This document shows, in pieces, positions 26,599 through 34,719 of a stretch of DNA of 45,391 nt. The translations under genes and the position numbers were made by a program. The notes beneath the pieces were generated by a model. That model ran no database searches and was not told where the DNA came from. It worked only from the letters and a program-made list of their open reading frames with translations. This DNA is from Candidatus Woesearchaeota archaeon (GTDB lineage: Archaea > Nanobdellota > Nanobdellia > Pacearchaeales > GW2011-AR1). The number at the start of each line of letters is the position of its first letter. Within the stretch, counting starts at the first letter, position 1. The stretch covers positions 1 to 45,391 of the forward strand of contig CAZAAB010000001.1 in NCBI GenBank assembly GCA_964483015.1, read 5' to 3'.

Positions 26599-26750
26599 CG
26601 CCCGCGCCCGGAATCGAACCGGGAGGCCCATAAAGGGCCCGGCTTACTTGAATTTCATTAATCAGCTATCTTCTCGCCTGAAAATTTTTTGCGTTTTGAT
26701 TTAAAACTTTTATTCTCAAGGCCGGTGCAATACCATTATGCGACACGGGC
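26599..26750 (-). tRNA. tRNA-Ser(UGA) with a 70-nt intron (26645-26714) at the canonical 37/38 position
   Basis: Acceptor GCCCGTG/CGCGGGC, G73. Anticodon stem CCGGC/GCCGG with loop CTTGAG|A. Long variable arm GCCC-TTTAT-GGGC. T arm CCCGG-TTCGATT-CCGGG. TCAAG at the intron 3' end pairs with the anticodon loop. Confidence 0.7.
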
Positions 26751-26772
26751 ATATTTTTATATGTTATTTTTA

Positions 26773-26780
26773 CTTATAAA
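26773..26780 (-). promoter_or_regulatory. TATA box TTTATAAG (minus strand), 22 nt before the tRNA-Ser 5' end
   Basis: Box and spacing pattern. Confidence 0.45.
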
Positions 26781-26832
26781 CTTTTCTCAGCAAGAACTAA
26801 GAATGCGAAGGTCTCCAAAATAAATTAAAAAA

Positions 26833-27123
26833 TTAACCAAATAAACTGCCGAGACCTTCAGCTGCTTCTTCTTTTTTTTCTTCTTTCTCTTCTTCTTCTT
26901 TGCCTTTCTTCTCTTCCCCACTTTCACCGCCACCCTGAGGAGCAGCCAATGTAGCTGATTCTAATTCTTTGTCAATGTCAACATCTTTTAATGAAGCTGT
27001 CAATGTCTTTAATTTAGATTCATCTGCCTTATTACCTGTAGCTTCAATTACTTTTTTTAAGTTCTCTTCATTTACCGGCTTTCCTGCTTTGTGAAGTAGA
27101 AGTGCAGCATATACATATTCCAT
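26833..27123 (-). CDS. rpl12: 50S ribosomal stalk protein P1 (aL12)
   Basis: Start reassigned to the internal Met: MEYVYAALLLHKAGKPVNEENLKKV...; the C-terminus EEKKEEAAEGLGSLFG is the conserved stalk tail. Confidence 0.9.
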   Translation of the reverse strand: MEYVYAALLLHKAGKPVNEENLKKVIEATGNKADESKLKTLTASLKDVDIDKELESATLAAPQGGGESGEEKKGKEEEEKEEKKEEAAEGLGSLFG

Positions 27124-27124
27124 T

Positions 27125-28072
27125 TTATTTTTCCTCCTGTTGTTTATTTTTTTGAGTATCTTCTTTTTGCTCTTGTTTTTTATCTTCCTGCTTTTCTTCA
27201 GGTTTGTTTTTGTTTTCACTTTCTTCAGCATTTTCTTTATTATTTTCATCAACCTCTTCTGTCTTTTTTTCATTTCCACCACCTTGTTTTATAAATTCAT
27301 TTAAAGTATTTTCATGACTTTTAGCCTTAATTAGCAAGAATTTAATTGTATCTTTTATAGGATAAGCAATAGCAACAGCAAAAGCTAAAGCCTTGCTATT
27401 ACTATCTTTAAGATTTTCAATACTTTTTTCAATATCAACCTTAACATCTTCATACAACTTGTCCTGTTTTTTATCATAAGCTACAATAGGTTCAAGCCCA
27501 ACCTCTATAGGCTTAATATCAAATTTTGACATTATATCAGCCTTATTTTCATCAACCTCTTCGCCTTTTTTCAATATCTCTTTGTCTTTTCTAATATTTA
27601 CCTTGCCTTCTTTAATCTCAAACTGAATGCCCAAATCACCTAACTGAGAAATAATAGGTCCAGGAGTTAGCTCAGTGGGGCCCTCTCTAATAACAACATC
27701 CTTATTAACTGTCTGTCCCGGCCTTGCCCTTGCCTCAGACTTATTTTTGGCAAGAATAGCCGAAAGCTCAAAAGGGTCAAGATTAGAAAAAAGTAATGCA
27801 GTATTGGCTTCAACATACTGCTTTAATTTTTTTATCAGCCCTTTCTCTATCTTATCAATAGCCCTGTTTAGCAAGGTTTTTTTCACAACTTTTAATTTTA
27901 CCTTGCCCCTCAACTTTTTAATAATAAGCTGAAGCTGTTTAGCAGGCAGGTTTTTTATAGAAACAACTACAATACTTTTACTTTCTTTTAGCAAGTTTTT
28001 AAGATTTTCAACTGTTTCTTTCTTCTGCTTTGGTATTTCCTTTGTCCTGAAATTTCTTTTTTCTTCTGCCAT
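27125..28072 (-). CDS. rpl10: 50S ribosomal protein uL10 (P0); C-terminus lacks the stalk tail motif
   Basis: uL10 N-terminal domain (KKETVENLKNLLKESKSIVVVSIKNLPAKQLQ); lies between uL1 and P1. Confidence 0.9.
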   Translation of the reverse strand: MAEEKRNFRTKEIPKQKKETVENLKNLLKESKSIVVVSIKNLPAKQLQLIIKKLRGKVKLKVVKKTLLNRAIDKIEKGLIKKLKQYVEANTALLFSNLDPFELSAILAKNKSEARARPGQTVNKDVVIREGPTELTPGPIISQLGDLGIQFEIKEGKVNIRKDKEILKKGEEVDENKADIMSKFDIKPIEVGLEPIVAYDKKQDKLYEDVKVDIEKSIENLKDSNSKALAFAVAIAYPIKDTIKFLLIKAKSHENTLNEFIKQGGGNEKKTEEVDENNKENAEESENKNKPEEKQEDKKQEQKEDTQKNKQQEEK

Positions 28073-28074
28073 TT

Positions 28075-28695
28075 TTATCTTTCAATTTTTAATGGTTTAG
28101 ACATAGTAAATTTAATTTTAACATTTTTCACGTTTTCCTTGCTCGGCAATTCTTTTACAATCTGGTTATAAGCAGAAATTATGTTTTCAGCAATTTTATC
28201 ATCGCCCATTTTTTCTTTTCCTATACAAAACTTTAAGCTCGGCTCTTCACTTCTTAGCCTCACAATTTTTTCAAGCCTCTTAACCAAATTTTTAATTTTA
28301 TCATCTTTTTCTTCTTGAACAATGCCCAATTCTGGGGAAGGCATCTTTCCTCTTGGCCCAAGATATTTCCCAAAATTGCTTGCTATTTTCTGCATTAATG
28401 AGGAAGAAGCAATAAAAAAGTCATACTCTTTAGCAAGTTTCTTAGCTTTTTTCTTATCCTTATACTTGCTAAAATCTTTTTCAGTTATAGTATCAACAAC
28501 ATCACTTTTATTTGTTAGAAAACCAGCAATTTTTTTGCCTTTAATCTTGTGAGGAACATCTATCCACATGTTTATTGTGTTTTTTTTAGGCATTTCTCTT
28601 AAATTTATAATTAAATCTACTGACTGTTCAAAGTTTCTTTTCTTCTTTTTCTCTTTCAATTGTTTTAATACAGCTATAACTTTTTTCTTTTCCAT
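28075..28695 (-). CDS. rpl1: 50S ribosomal protein uL1
   Basis: 206 aa; FEQSVDLIINLR and GKYLGPRGKMPSP motifs. Confidence 0.9.
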   Translation of the reverse strand: MEKKKVIAVLKQLKEKKKKRNFEQSVDLIINLREMPKKNTINMWIDVPHKIKGKKIAGFLTNKSDVVDTITEKDFSKYKDKKKAKKLAKEYDFFIASSSLMQKIASNFGKYLGPRGKMPSPELGIVQEEKDDKIKNLVKRLEKIVRLRSEEPSLKFCIGKEKMGDDKIAENIISAYNQIVKELPSKENVKNVKIKFTMSKPLKIER

Positions 28696-28884
28696 TTTTA
28701 GACAATTTTTCTGTCAAATCTTCTTTTGAAGATTTATTTGCCCACTACCTAATGCATCTGAACCCAGAATTTTAGATTTCGATGATGTAGTTTGGCTGAT
28801 TACAAGATTAGTTTTGCATTTATAAACCTTGTTATTATAATAATTCATATAAATCTTTTTAAACCTTTTTTCCATTCCCAGAAT

Positions 28885-29235
28885 ATGGAATTAGTAGCTT
28901 TACTTTCAACAGGAAAAGGTTCATGGGGCCAGGTTTCTGGATTGATAAAAAGGGGGGAATGGGAAAACATCATTTTAATTGGGGATGATTTTGCATCTAA
29001 ATTCAATACAGATGAGAAGCATGAATTCATTAAAGTAAACACTAATCAACAAATAAAAGATTTGAAACAGGATTTATTAGAAAAATTAAAAGGCAAGATT
29101 AAGGGAACTGAAGTAGCCTTATCAATTGCCTCAGGAACAGGCAAAGAGCATATGGCATTAATTTCTTCCTTACTTTCACTACCAACAGGAATAAGATTTA
29201 CAGTTTTAACTAAAGAAGGCATTATTTATTTGTAG
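28885..29235 (+). CDS. hypothetical 116-aa protein, possibly a Rossmann-like fold
   Basis: Start reassigned to the ATG at 28885 (MELVALLSTGKGSWG...); the upstream part of the track ORF starts at TTG and is hydrophobic junk; ASGTGKEHMAL motif. Confidence 0.5.
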   Translation: MELVALLSTGKGSWGQVSGLIKRGEWENIILIGDDFASKFNTDEKHEFIKVNTNQQIKDLKQDLLEKLKGKIKGTEVALSIASGTGKEHMALISSLLSLPTGIRFTVLTKEGIIYL

Positions 29236-29274
29236 GTTTTGTAATAATTATTAAGTAGTAAAAAATCCAAAAGA

Positions 29275-29282
29275 TTTATAAA
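29275..29282 (+). promoter_or_regulatory. TATA box TTTATAAA, 21 nt before the ATG at 29304
   Basis: Box and spacing pattern. Confidence 0.45.
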
Positions 29283-29303
29283 TAGAGAAAGTATGCAAAT
29301 AAA

Positions 29304-30095
29304 ATGGAAGAAGTTGAATTAATGCCAAGAAAAATTAGAGAAGAGGGATGGCCTAAAGCCAGATTTTTATCAAAGCAAGAGCAGGAAAAATATGAAGAAT
29401 CTTGTGAAAGGTATAGTGGAAAGGCAGGGCAAAGTTTAAATGTTCCAAGAAAAGGTTCAAATTTATTTAAAGTTCTTCAGTTAAATCAGATAGGGATTAG
29501 AACAGCAACAACTCCAGAATTAGAGCTTGCATTAGAAAATGGTTTAGATTACGGGTTTGGAGACGGAAGAGAAGCAATTTTAAGAAGCAAAAAAGATTCT
29601 TATCATCCTAATGATTATGTTGCAAAAGATTTAGCAAAAAAATTAGGAATTAAAACAGTTAAAAATCCTTTAATTGTTACTGGATTGGGATTAGAAGAAG
29701 ATGAAGCTTCTGTATACGGGTTAACCTTAAAACCAACAGATTCTACTAATATAATTGAGGCTCCGGATTTTTCTCATGAAAACAATAGAAGAAAATTTAA
29801 AAGAGTGAATCCAGATTATACAATTGAATTTTCAGATAAAGGAATAACTTTATGGACAAGAGAAGAGGGTATTTCGAGGTTGTGCTCGATTCCTAGGGGC
29901 TTGGGTTCCAACTGCAGGGATTTGGCTAACTCGGGTAGTCTCGGCAGGGTAGTTGTTGTCAGTGGCGAAGCCACTACGCAAAATTTAGAACGGTATGTTA
30001 AGGATTTGAGAGAAAAAACACAAAAACAAATATCAGAAATACAAGAAAGGGCAAGAAAGGCTGAAAGCTATGTTAGGACAGGAAAATTAGAATAA
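29304..30095 (+). CDS. hypothetical 263-aa protein
   Basis: Long ORF with a leaderless-type promoter; no family assigned; contains a local GC-rich segment. Confidence 0.6.
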   Translation: MEEVELMPRKIREEGWPKARFLSKQEQEKYEESCERYSGKAGQSLNVPRKGSNLFKVLQLNQIGIRTATTPELELALENGLDYGFGDGREAILRSKKDSYHPNDYVAKDLAKKLGIKTVKNPLIVTGLGLEEDEASVYGLTLKPTDSTNIIEAPDFSHENNRRKFKRVNPDYTIEFSDKGITLWTREEGISRLCSIPRGLGSNCRDLANSGSLGRVVVVSGEATTQNLERYVKDLREKTQKQISEIQERARKAESYVRTGKLE

Positions 30096-30168
30096 TTTAA
30101 AAACCAATATTTCTTTTAAAGATTCCTAGCCATATTTATGGCTGGGGAATGAGAATATTGAATTATTT

Positions 30169-31122
30169 TTAAACCCCGCTCTCTTTTATCTTCATTTTCT
30201 TTTTATCTTTACCTAGCAATACAACTCTGCTTTCAATTTGCTCATCTAAAAACTTGTATTTTGGCAAAAATTTTAGCAACAGTTTACTGTAATGTTCAAT
30301 CTCTTTATGACTTGGCATCTTGTCATAACCATATCTTTTTCTTGCCTCGCCTATAGACATAAAGCTTTTTACCTCAACAAAATCAGGATTAGCTTTCTTT
30401 ATCAATCTTGCAAAACCCTCTAAAAATCTTTTTTTCATATTCTTTTTTCTCATCAATGTCAACCTTATAACTTTTCTCGTTTTCAACTTTTTCATTAAAT
30501 CCAAACTTTTATTAAATCTTTCCCAAGCATCTTTTAACTTGCTTTGATGCCATTTTTCATACTCTTCTTTATTAGGACTGTTTAAGGAAATGTATAACTG
30601 GGTAGGCAACTGATTATTCTCTTTTAATTTTTTTATTGCTTCAGGATATAAGCCATTAGTAACAAGAAAACTTTTAATTTTTCTTTTTCTTAATTCTTGA
30701 ATTAATCTGCCCAACTTAGAATGCAATGTAGGCTCTCCAATCAAACTTATGGCAAACTGATTTGGATTTCTTGCTTCTTCAAGCTTTTTCATATTAATAT
30801 TTTTATTGCCCTTAAAACCAGTTAATAGTTTTCTTTGATTTTCTATACTTTTTTCAATAATCTCTTCAGGTTTTTTTATTTCTTCCTCACTTTTTTCTGT
30901 TAATTTAATAGGCCTCCAGCAATGTATACATTTATTTGGACAAGAAATAAAAGGAGACATCTGGCAGCACCTATGTGAAGAAATGCCATAAAACTTTTCT
31001 TTATAGCAGCAGCCTTTATCTAATAAGCTATTTTTAGTCCAGTTACAAATTTGAACTGCCGAATTCCCAAATAATCTATATTGTTTTCTCTCTAATTGTT
31101 TTTTCATATCTCCTGAAACCAT
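30169..31122 (-). CDS. taw1: tRNA 4-demethylwyosine synthase (radical SAM, TYW1/Taw1)
   Basis: CCYKEKFYGISSHRCCQMSP followed by the CPNKCIHCW (CxxxCxxC) cluster, typical of TYW1. Confidence 0.85.
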   Translation of the reverse strand: MVSGDMKKQLERKQYRLFGNSAVQICNWTKNSLLDKGCCYKEKFYGISSHRCCQMSPFISCPNKCIHCWRPIKLTEKSEEEIKKPEEIIEKSIENQRKLLTGFKGNKNINMKKLEEARNPNQFAISLIGEPTLHSKLGRLIQELRKRKIKSFLVTNGLYPEAIKKLKENNQLPTQLYISLNSPNKEEYEKWHQSKLKDAWERFNKSLDLMKKLKTRKVIRLTLMRKKNMKKRFLEGFARLIKKANPDFVEVKSFMSIGEARKRYGYDKMPSHKEIEHYSKLLLKFLPKYKFLDEQIESRVVLLGKDKKKMKIKESGV

Positions 31123-31156
31123 AGTAAGAAATAAAGAGAGGGAATTTTAAAACTTT

Positions 31157-32551
31157 CTAAAAAAAGTTAACCACCCACAAATACATCAATAGCAAGAAAA
31201 TGAAAATTAAAAAATAAGTTGAAAAGTTGTAAGCTTTTTTAGCAATTTTCTTTGATTTTGTCAGGCCAAGTATTGTAAGGTAGAAAACACGGCCGCCATC
31301 AAAAATTCCCAAAGGCAGCATATTGACCAAAGCTACTGAAAAACTGATTAAGATAACCCACCACAACAAATTATATATAAATATTATTAAATTGCCATCT
31401 ATTCTTGGCCTATAATATGTAAAAGGGTCGCGGAAAAATAAAAGGCTATCTCTCAAACTTTTTAAACCCCCAAAAGAACTTGTTTTAGCCGGAGAAATAC
31501 CTAAGTAAGATTTATTATTGTCTGGTCTTTCTGCCAACTGGATATTAAACTCTTGTATGGAATCATTTAGCGAAGTTTTAATTAAAACATTGTCTCCTGG
31601 ATTTTTTTTATTTAAAGCTGATTCTAAATCTTTATTATCTTTAATTTCTTTACCATCAAAACTAACTATGATGCCTGCTAAACCAGCCTTTAAAGCAGGG
31701 CTATTTTGGAAAGCAATAACCTGGCTAACATTATTTTCTTTTGCATTTTCTAAAATTGTTTTTTCTATAAAAAAAGTCTTGTTATTTGATTTAACTTCAG
31801 TCAAGTTTAAACCCCCATTTAAATCAATAGAAAGATTATTGTTTATATTGGTTATATTGTTTGTGGCAATAACTGATGAAGCATATGAGCCAAAAACAAC
31901 ACCTGAAGGAGAGTAAGCAAGAGAAAAAAATAGCCAAAGAACAAAAAAGAACAAAATAGCCATCAAAACATTTGCAAAAGTTCCAGCAGATAAAAACCCT
32001 AACTGTTCTTTTATCTTCAACTTGCTGGCTTTTTTTTCATCTGGCTCTACAAAAGCCCCGGTAAAAGGGCCTAAAAATGCAAAACCAGTAGATTTTATTT
32101 TAACATTTCTCGCCTTAACAAAAATCCCGTGAAAAAACTCGTGAGGAATAGCAGCTATAGCTAAAACAATTATCCAGTAAGTAAAGTAAAATGGGGGCAA
32201 AAAATCAGCCTTGAAAATTCTTGGAAGATAAGGGACAAGAGGCATTAAAGGAGGAACCTTAACAATTTTAAACAACTCAGGGAACTTAGAAAAAACATAA
32301 ACAAGTCTAAACAACAAGTATAACATAATAGCCATTAAAGCATAGCCAGTAGCAATAACCACGTACTCAAGCCAGTGCAATAATCTTTTGTACTTTTCTC
32401 CCAATGTTTTAATAATTTTTAATCCTAACTTTGTCCTGTAAAGAAAAACAATACCTTCCCTCCCTAAATTTTTTCTCTTAATTATAAGAAAAGTAATTAA
32501 AAAAGCACTAAATACAGCTAAGAATATCAAATCATAAATAAAAAAATCCAT
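31157..32551 (-). CDS. M50 family site-2-type membrane metalloprotease with a PDZ-like insert
   Basis: HEFFHG (HExxH) in a TM segment; NMLPLGIFDGG motif; soluble insert between the TM blocks. Confidence 0.8.
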   Translation of the reverse strand: MDFFIYDLIFLAVFSAFLITFLIIKRKNLGREGIVFLYRTKLGLKIIKTLGEKYKRLLHWLEYVVIATGYALMAIMLYLLFRLVYVFSKFPELFKIVKVPPLMPLVPYLPRIFKADFLPPFYFTYWIIVLAIAAIPHEFFHGIFVKARNVKIKSTGFAFLGPFTGAFVEPDEKKASKLKIKEQLGFLSAGTFANVLMAILFFFVLWLFFSLAYSPSGVVFGSYASSVIATNNITNINNNLSIDLNGGLNLTEVKSNNKTFFIEKTILENAKENNVSQVIAFQNSPALKAGLAGIIVSFDGKEIKDNKDLESALNKKNPGDNVLIKTSLNDSIQEFNIQLAERPDNNKSYLGISPAKTSSFGGLKSLRDSLLFFRDPFTYYRPRIDGNLIIFIYNLLWWVILISFSVALVNMLPLGIFDGGRVFYLTILGLTKSKKIAKKAYNFSTYFLIFIFLLLMYLWVVNFF

Positions 32552-32554
32552 TTT

Positions 32555-32734
32555 TTATACTGTAGTAGCTTTTTGCCTCTTTTTTATCTGTCTAAAAGAC
32601 CTTTTATGGCATTTTCTGCATTTTATCTTGCCTTCAACTATTTTTCTAGGGTCAGCCCTAATCTTACTCTTACAGTTTTTACAAACAAAAACATTCTTAA
32701 ACAATCTGTTTTGTGCTTCAGGTATTTTTGCCAT
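32555..32734 (-). CDS. rpl40e: 50S ribosomal protein eL40 (59 aa), not in the ORF track
   Basis: Hand translation MAKIPEAQNRLFKNVFVCKNCKSKIRADPRKIVEGKIKCRKCHKRSFRQIKKRQKATTV; CxxC...CxxC and basic tail; starts 1 nt after the aIF5A stop. Confidence 0.75.
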   Translation of the reverse strand: MAKIPEAQNRLFKNVFVCKNCKSKIRADPRKIVEGKIKCRKCHKRSFRQIKKRQKATTV

Positions 32735-32735
32735 T

Positions 32736-33125
32736 TTACAATTTTCTTTTAATTATTTTTTCTCCTTCAGCATCCCAGTATTCAACATTATCCCCTTCAT
32801 CAATCTTATCTTTCATCTCTTCACTTATGTCAACATCTATCGTTTTATAGTTTTCGGTATCCATAATATTCGCCACATTTTTGTTTACCGACAAGACTTG
32901 CGCCTTGCCCTTAATAACTTCTGGAATCTTCATTCTTTCATGTCCAGGGACCACCATAACTTTTTTTCTGTTATTTAAAATCCCCTCAGCTTCTATTCTA
33001 ACTTTTTTATGCCCATGTCTCCCAGTAGTACTGGTATCAACTTTACTCACAGTATAGGGGTTTTCATCTATAATTATAGCATTTCCGGTCTTAATGTCTT
33101 TAGCATCAATCAATTTTAGAGTCAT
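32736..33125 (-). CDS. eif5a: translation initiation factor 5A (aIF5A), Arg at the hypusine position
   Basis: 129 aa; the STTGRHGHKKVRI loop aligns with the canonical SK(P/T)GKHG(H/S)AK; OB-fold C-terminal domain. Confidence 0.85.
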   Translation of the reverse strand: MTLKLIDAKDIKTGNAIIIDENPYTVSKVDTSTTGRHGHKKVRIEAEGILNNRKKVMVVPGHERMKIPEVIKGKAQVLSVNKNVANIMDTENYKTIDVDISEEMKDKIDEGDNVEYWDAEGEKIIKRKL

Positions 33126-33179
33126 AAGAAAGAAAAAAAAATCAGCTTTATAAACCTTTCTCGCTTTTTTCCAGACTTT

Positions 33180-33440
33180 TCATCTTGTTTTATAAGTTAT
33201 GTAAGTAAGTATTGCCAACCCTTTAACAAATTCAATATCTTCTGGTTTTATTTCATAATACCTTTCTTCATCAGACATTGCCCTTGAAACTAGGTTATCT
33301 ATCATACACAGACCTTCATCTTTACCATTTTCTTCACAAATATAACAAGAATTAGGAACAGACAAAGACACTTCTTTACCACTTTCAGTAATTCCTATTA
33401 AGCCATGATTTGTACTTTCTACTTTCTTTAGCAAAGGCAT
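33180..33440 (-). CDS. hypothetical 86-aa protein
   Basis: ORF only; no family assigned. Confidence 0.4.
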   Translation of the reverse strand: MPLLKKVESTNHGLIGITESGKEVSLSVPNSCYICEENGKDEGLCMIDNLVSRAMSDEERYYEIKPEDIEFVKGLAILTYITYKTR

Positions 33441-33521
33441 GTTTAAACAATCTTTTTTTGATTTATAATTATTTCTATGATTAGAACAACATTTAAAAAC
33501 CGTTTTCTTTTACTATTAAAA

Positions 33522-34211
33522 ATGGCAGAAAAAAACAAGGAAAAAACAAAAGAAAAGCTGGAAAAAAATGATTTTGTCAATTTAGAGTATATAGGCAAGA
33601 CAAAAGAAGGGAAGATTTTTGACACTAATATCAAGCAAGAGGCAAAAAAAATCAATATGAATATTGAGACAAGGCCATTAGCAATATGTATAGGTCAGGG
33701 AATGATTTTGCAAGGAATTGACGAATTTTTAAAAGGTAAGGAAACAGGAAAAGAGTATACTTTAGAATTAAAACCAGAAAAAGCATTTGGTAAAAGAAAA
33801 AAAGAGCTGGTAAAAACAATGCCTATTTCTGTATTTGAAAAACAAGATGTTGCCCCAAGAAGAGGAATGATGTTCAATTTTGACAACAGCATAGGAAGAA
33901 TTTCAGCTGTTTCAGGAGGAAGAGTAATAGTAGATTTTAACAACCCTCTTGCTAACAAAGATGTTATTTATGATTTAAAAGTTAAAGAAAAAATTAAGGA
34001 TAAAAAAGAAAAGGCAAAAATATTAATAAAGACTTTTTTTAGAAAAGAATTTGATTTTGAGATAAAAGATAAAAAGTTAATTATAAAGATGCCAAAACCA
34101 TTTAGCCAGCTGGCAAACATGTATAAGAGAAAATTTAAGGAAATATTGGGGTTAGATTTAGAAGTTAAAGAAGTAAAGAAAGAAGAAAAAAAACAAGGAA
34201 ACAAGAAATGA
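33522..34211 (+). CDS. FKBP-type peptidyl-prolyl cis-trans isomerase (SlyD-like, with C-terminal extension)
   Basis: Start reassigned to MAEKNKEK; DFVNLEYIGKTKEGKIFDTN and GQGMILQGIDEFLKG motifs. Confidence 0.8.
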   Translation: MAEKNKEKTKEKLEKNDFVNLEYIGKTKEGKIFDTNIKQEAKKINMNIETRPLAICIGQGMILQGIDEFLKGKETGKEYTLELKPEKAFGKRKKELVKTMPISVFEKQDVAPRRGMMFNFDNSIGRISAVSGGRVIVDFNNPLANKDVIYDLKVKEKIKDKKEKAKILIKTFFRKEFDFEIKDKKLIIKMPKPFSQLANMYKRKFKEILGLDLEVKEVKKEEKKQGNKK

Positions 34212-34719
34212 GAGAAAATAAATTTGAAAGTGTAGTGTATCAGTGGGCAGAGTTTTTTGTTAGAGTAATACCTTCAACCTTAGGTGTAAGAATTAGAAAG
34301 CATTTTTATAATTTTATTTTGAATGATTTTGGAGAAGTTTGGGTAAAAAGAGGAGTAACAATCAGAGCACCTTATAACCTTAAAATGGGTAATAGGGATA
34401 GTATTGGAGAATATTCCTGGCTTGACGCTACTGGAGGATTAGAAATAGGCGATGATGTGATAATAGCGCCTTTCTGTTTAATCTATTCTTCTAATCATAA
34501 TTTTAAAGATGCCCAAAAAAAATAAGTGTTCAAGGTTATATAAAACATAAGGTAAGGATAGGCAATAATGTCTGGGTGGGGGCGAACACTAAAATACTTC
34601 CTGGAGTTGAAATTAAAGATAATTCTGTAATCGGTGCTGGCTCAGTAGTAACTAAAGACATACCTAAAAATTCAGTGGCTGTTGGGAACCCTGCTGAAGT
34701 TATTAGAAAAAGAAAATAA
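34208..34719 (+). pseudogene. hexapeptide-repeat (LbH) acetyltransferase interrupted by a -1 frameshift at an A8 run (34515-34522)
   Basis: Frame 1 ends ...[12 protein letters not shown]-stop. The -1 frame continues [65 protein letters not shown] to the stop at 34717-34719. Confidence 0.7.

Noticed and set aside
27124-27282. Lys-rich N-terminal extension of P1 in the ORF track
   Set aside because: It overlaps the P0 3' end in another frame. The canonical P1 start, MEYVYAALLL, follows 1 nt after the P0 stop.
28757-28800. C/D-box-like elements (GATGATG at 28781-28787, CTGA at 28796-28799) in the uL1 upstream region
   Set aside because: The boxes are only about 8 nt apart, the C box is imperfect, and no terminal stem or second box pair is present. 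It is too weak to call an sRNA.
28792-28884. TTG-initiated hydrophobic extension of the 116-aa ORF. The same reasoning applies to 33477-33521 (FKBP) and 39602-39607 (SepF).
   Set aside because: The promoter spacing and the sequence character favour the downstream ATG starts.
29880-29975. tRNA-like or other RNA gene in the GC-rich patch
   Set aside because: No acceptor, T-arm or anticodon arrangement can be drawn, and the segment is in frame within a long ORF. It is kept only as a low-interest compositional note.
32628-32978. 116-aa plus-strand ORF
   Set aside because: It lies antisense to eL40 and aIF5A, both of which have diagnostic motifs.
33443-34204. Minus-strand ORFs 33443-33655, 33695-33958 and 33968-34204
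   Set aside because: They lie antisense to the FKBP gene or in its upstream leader, and are low in complexity.
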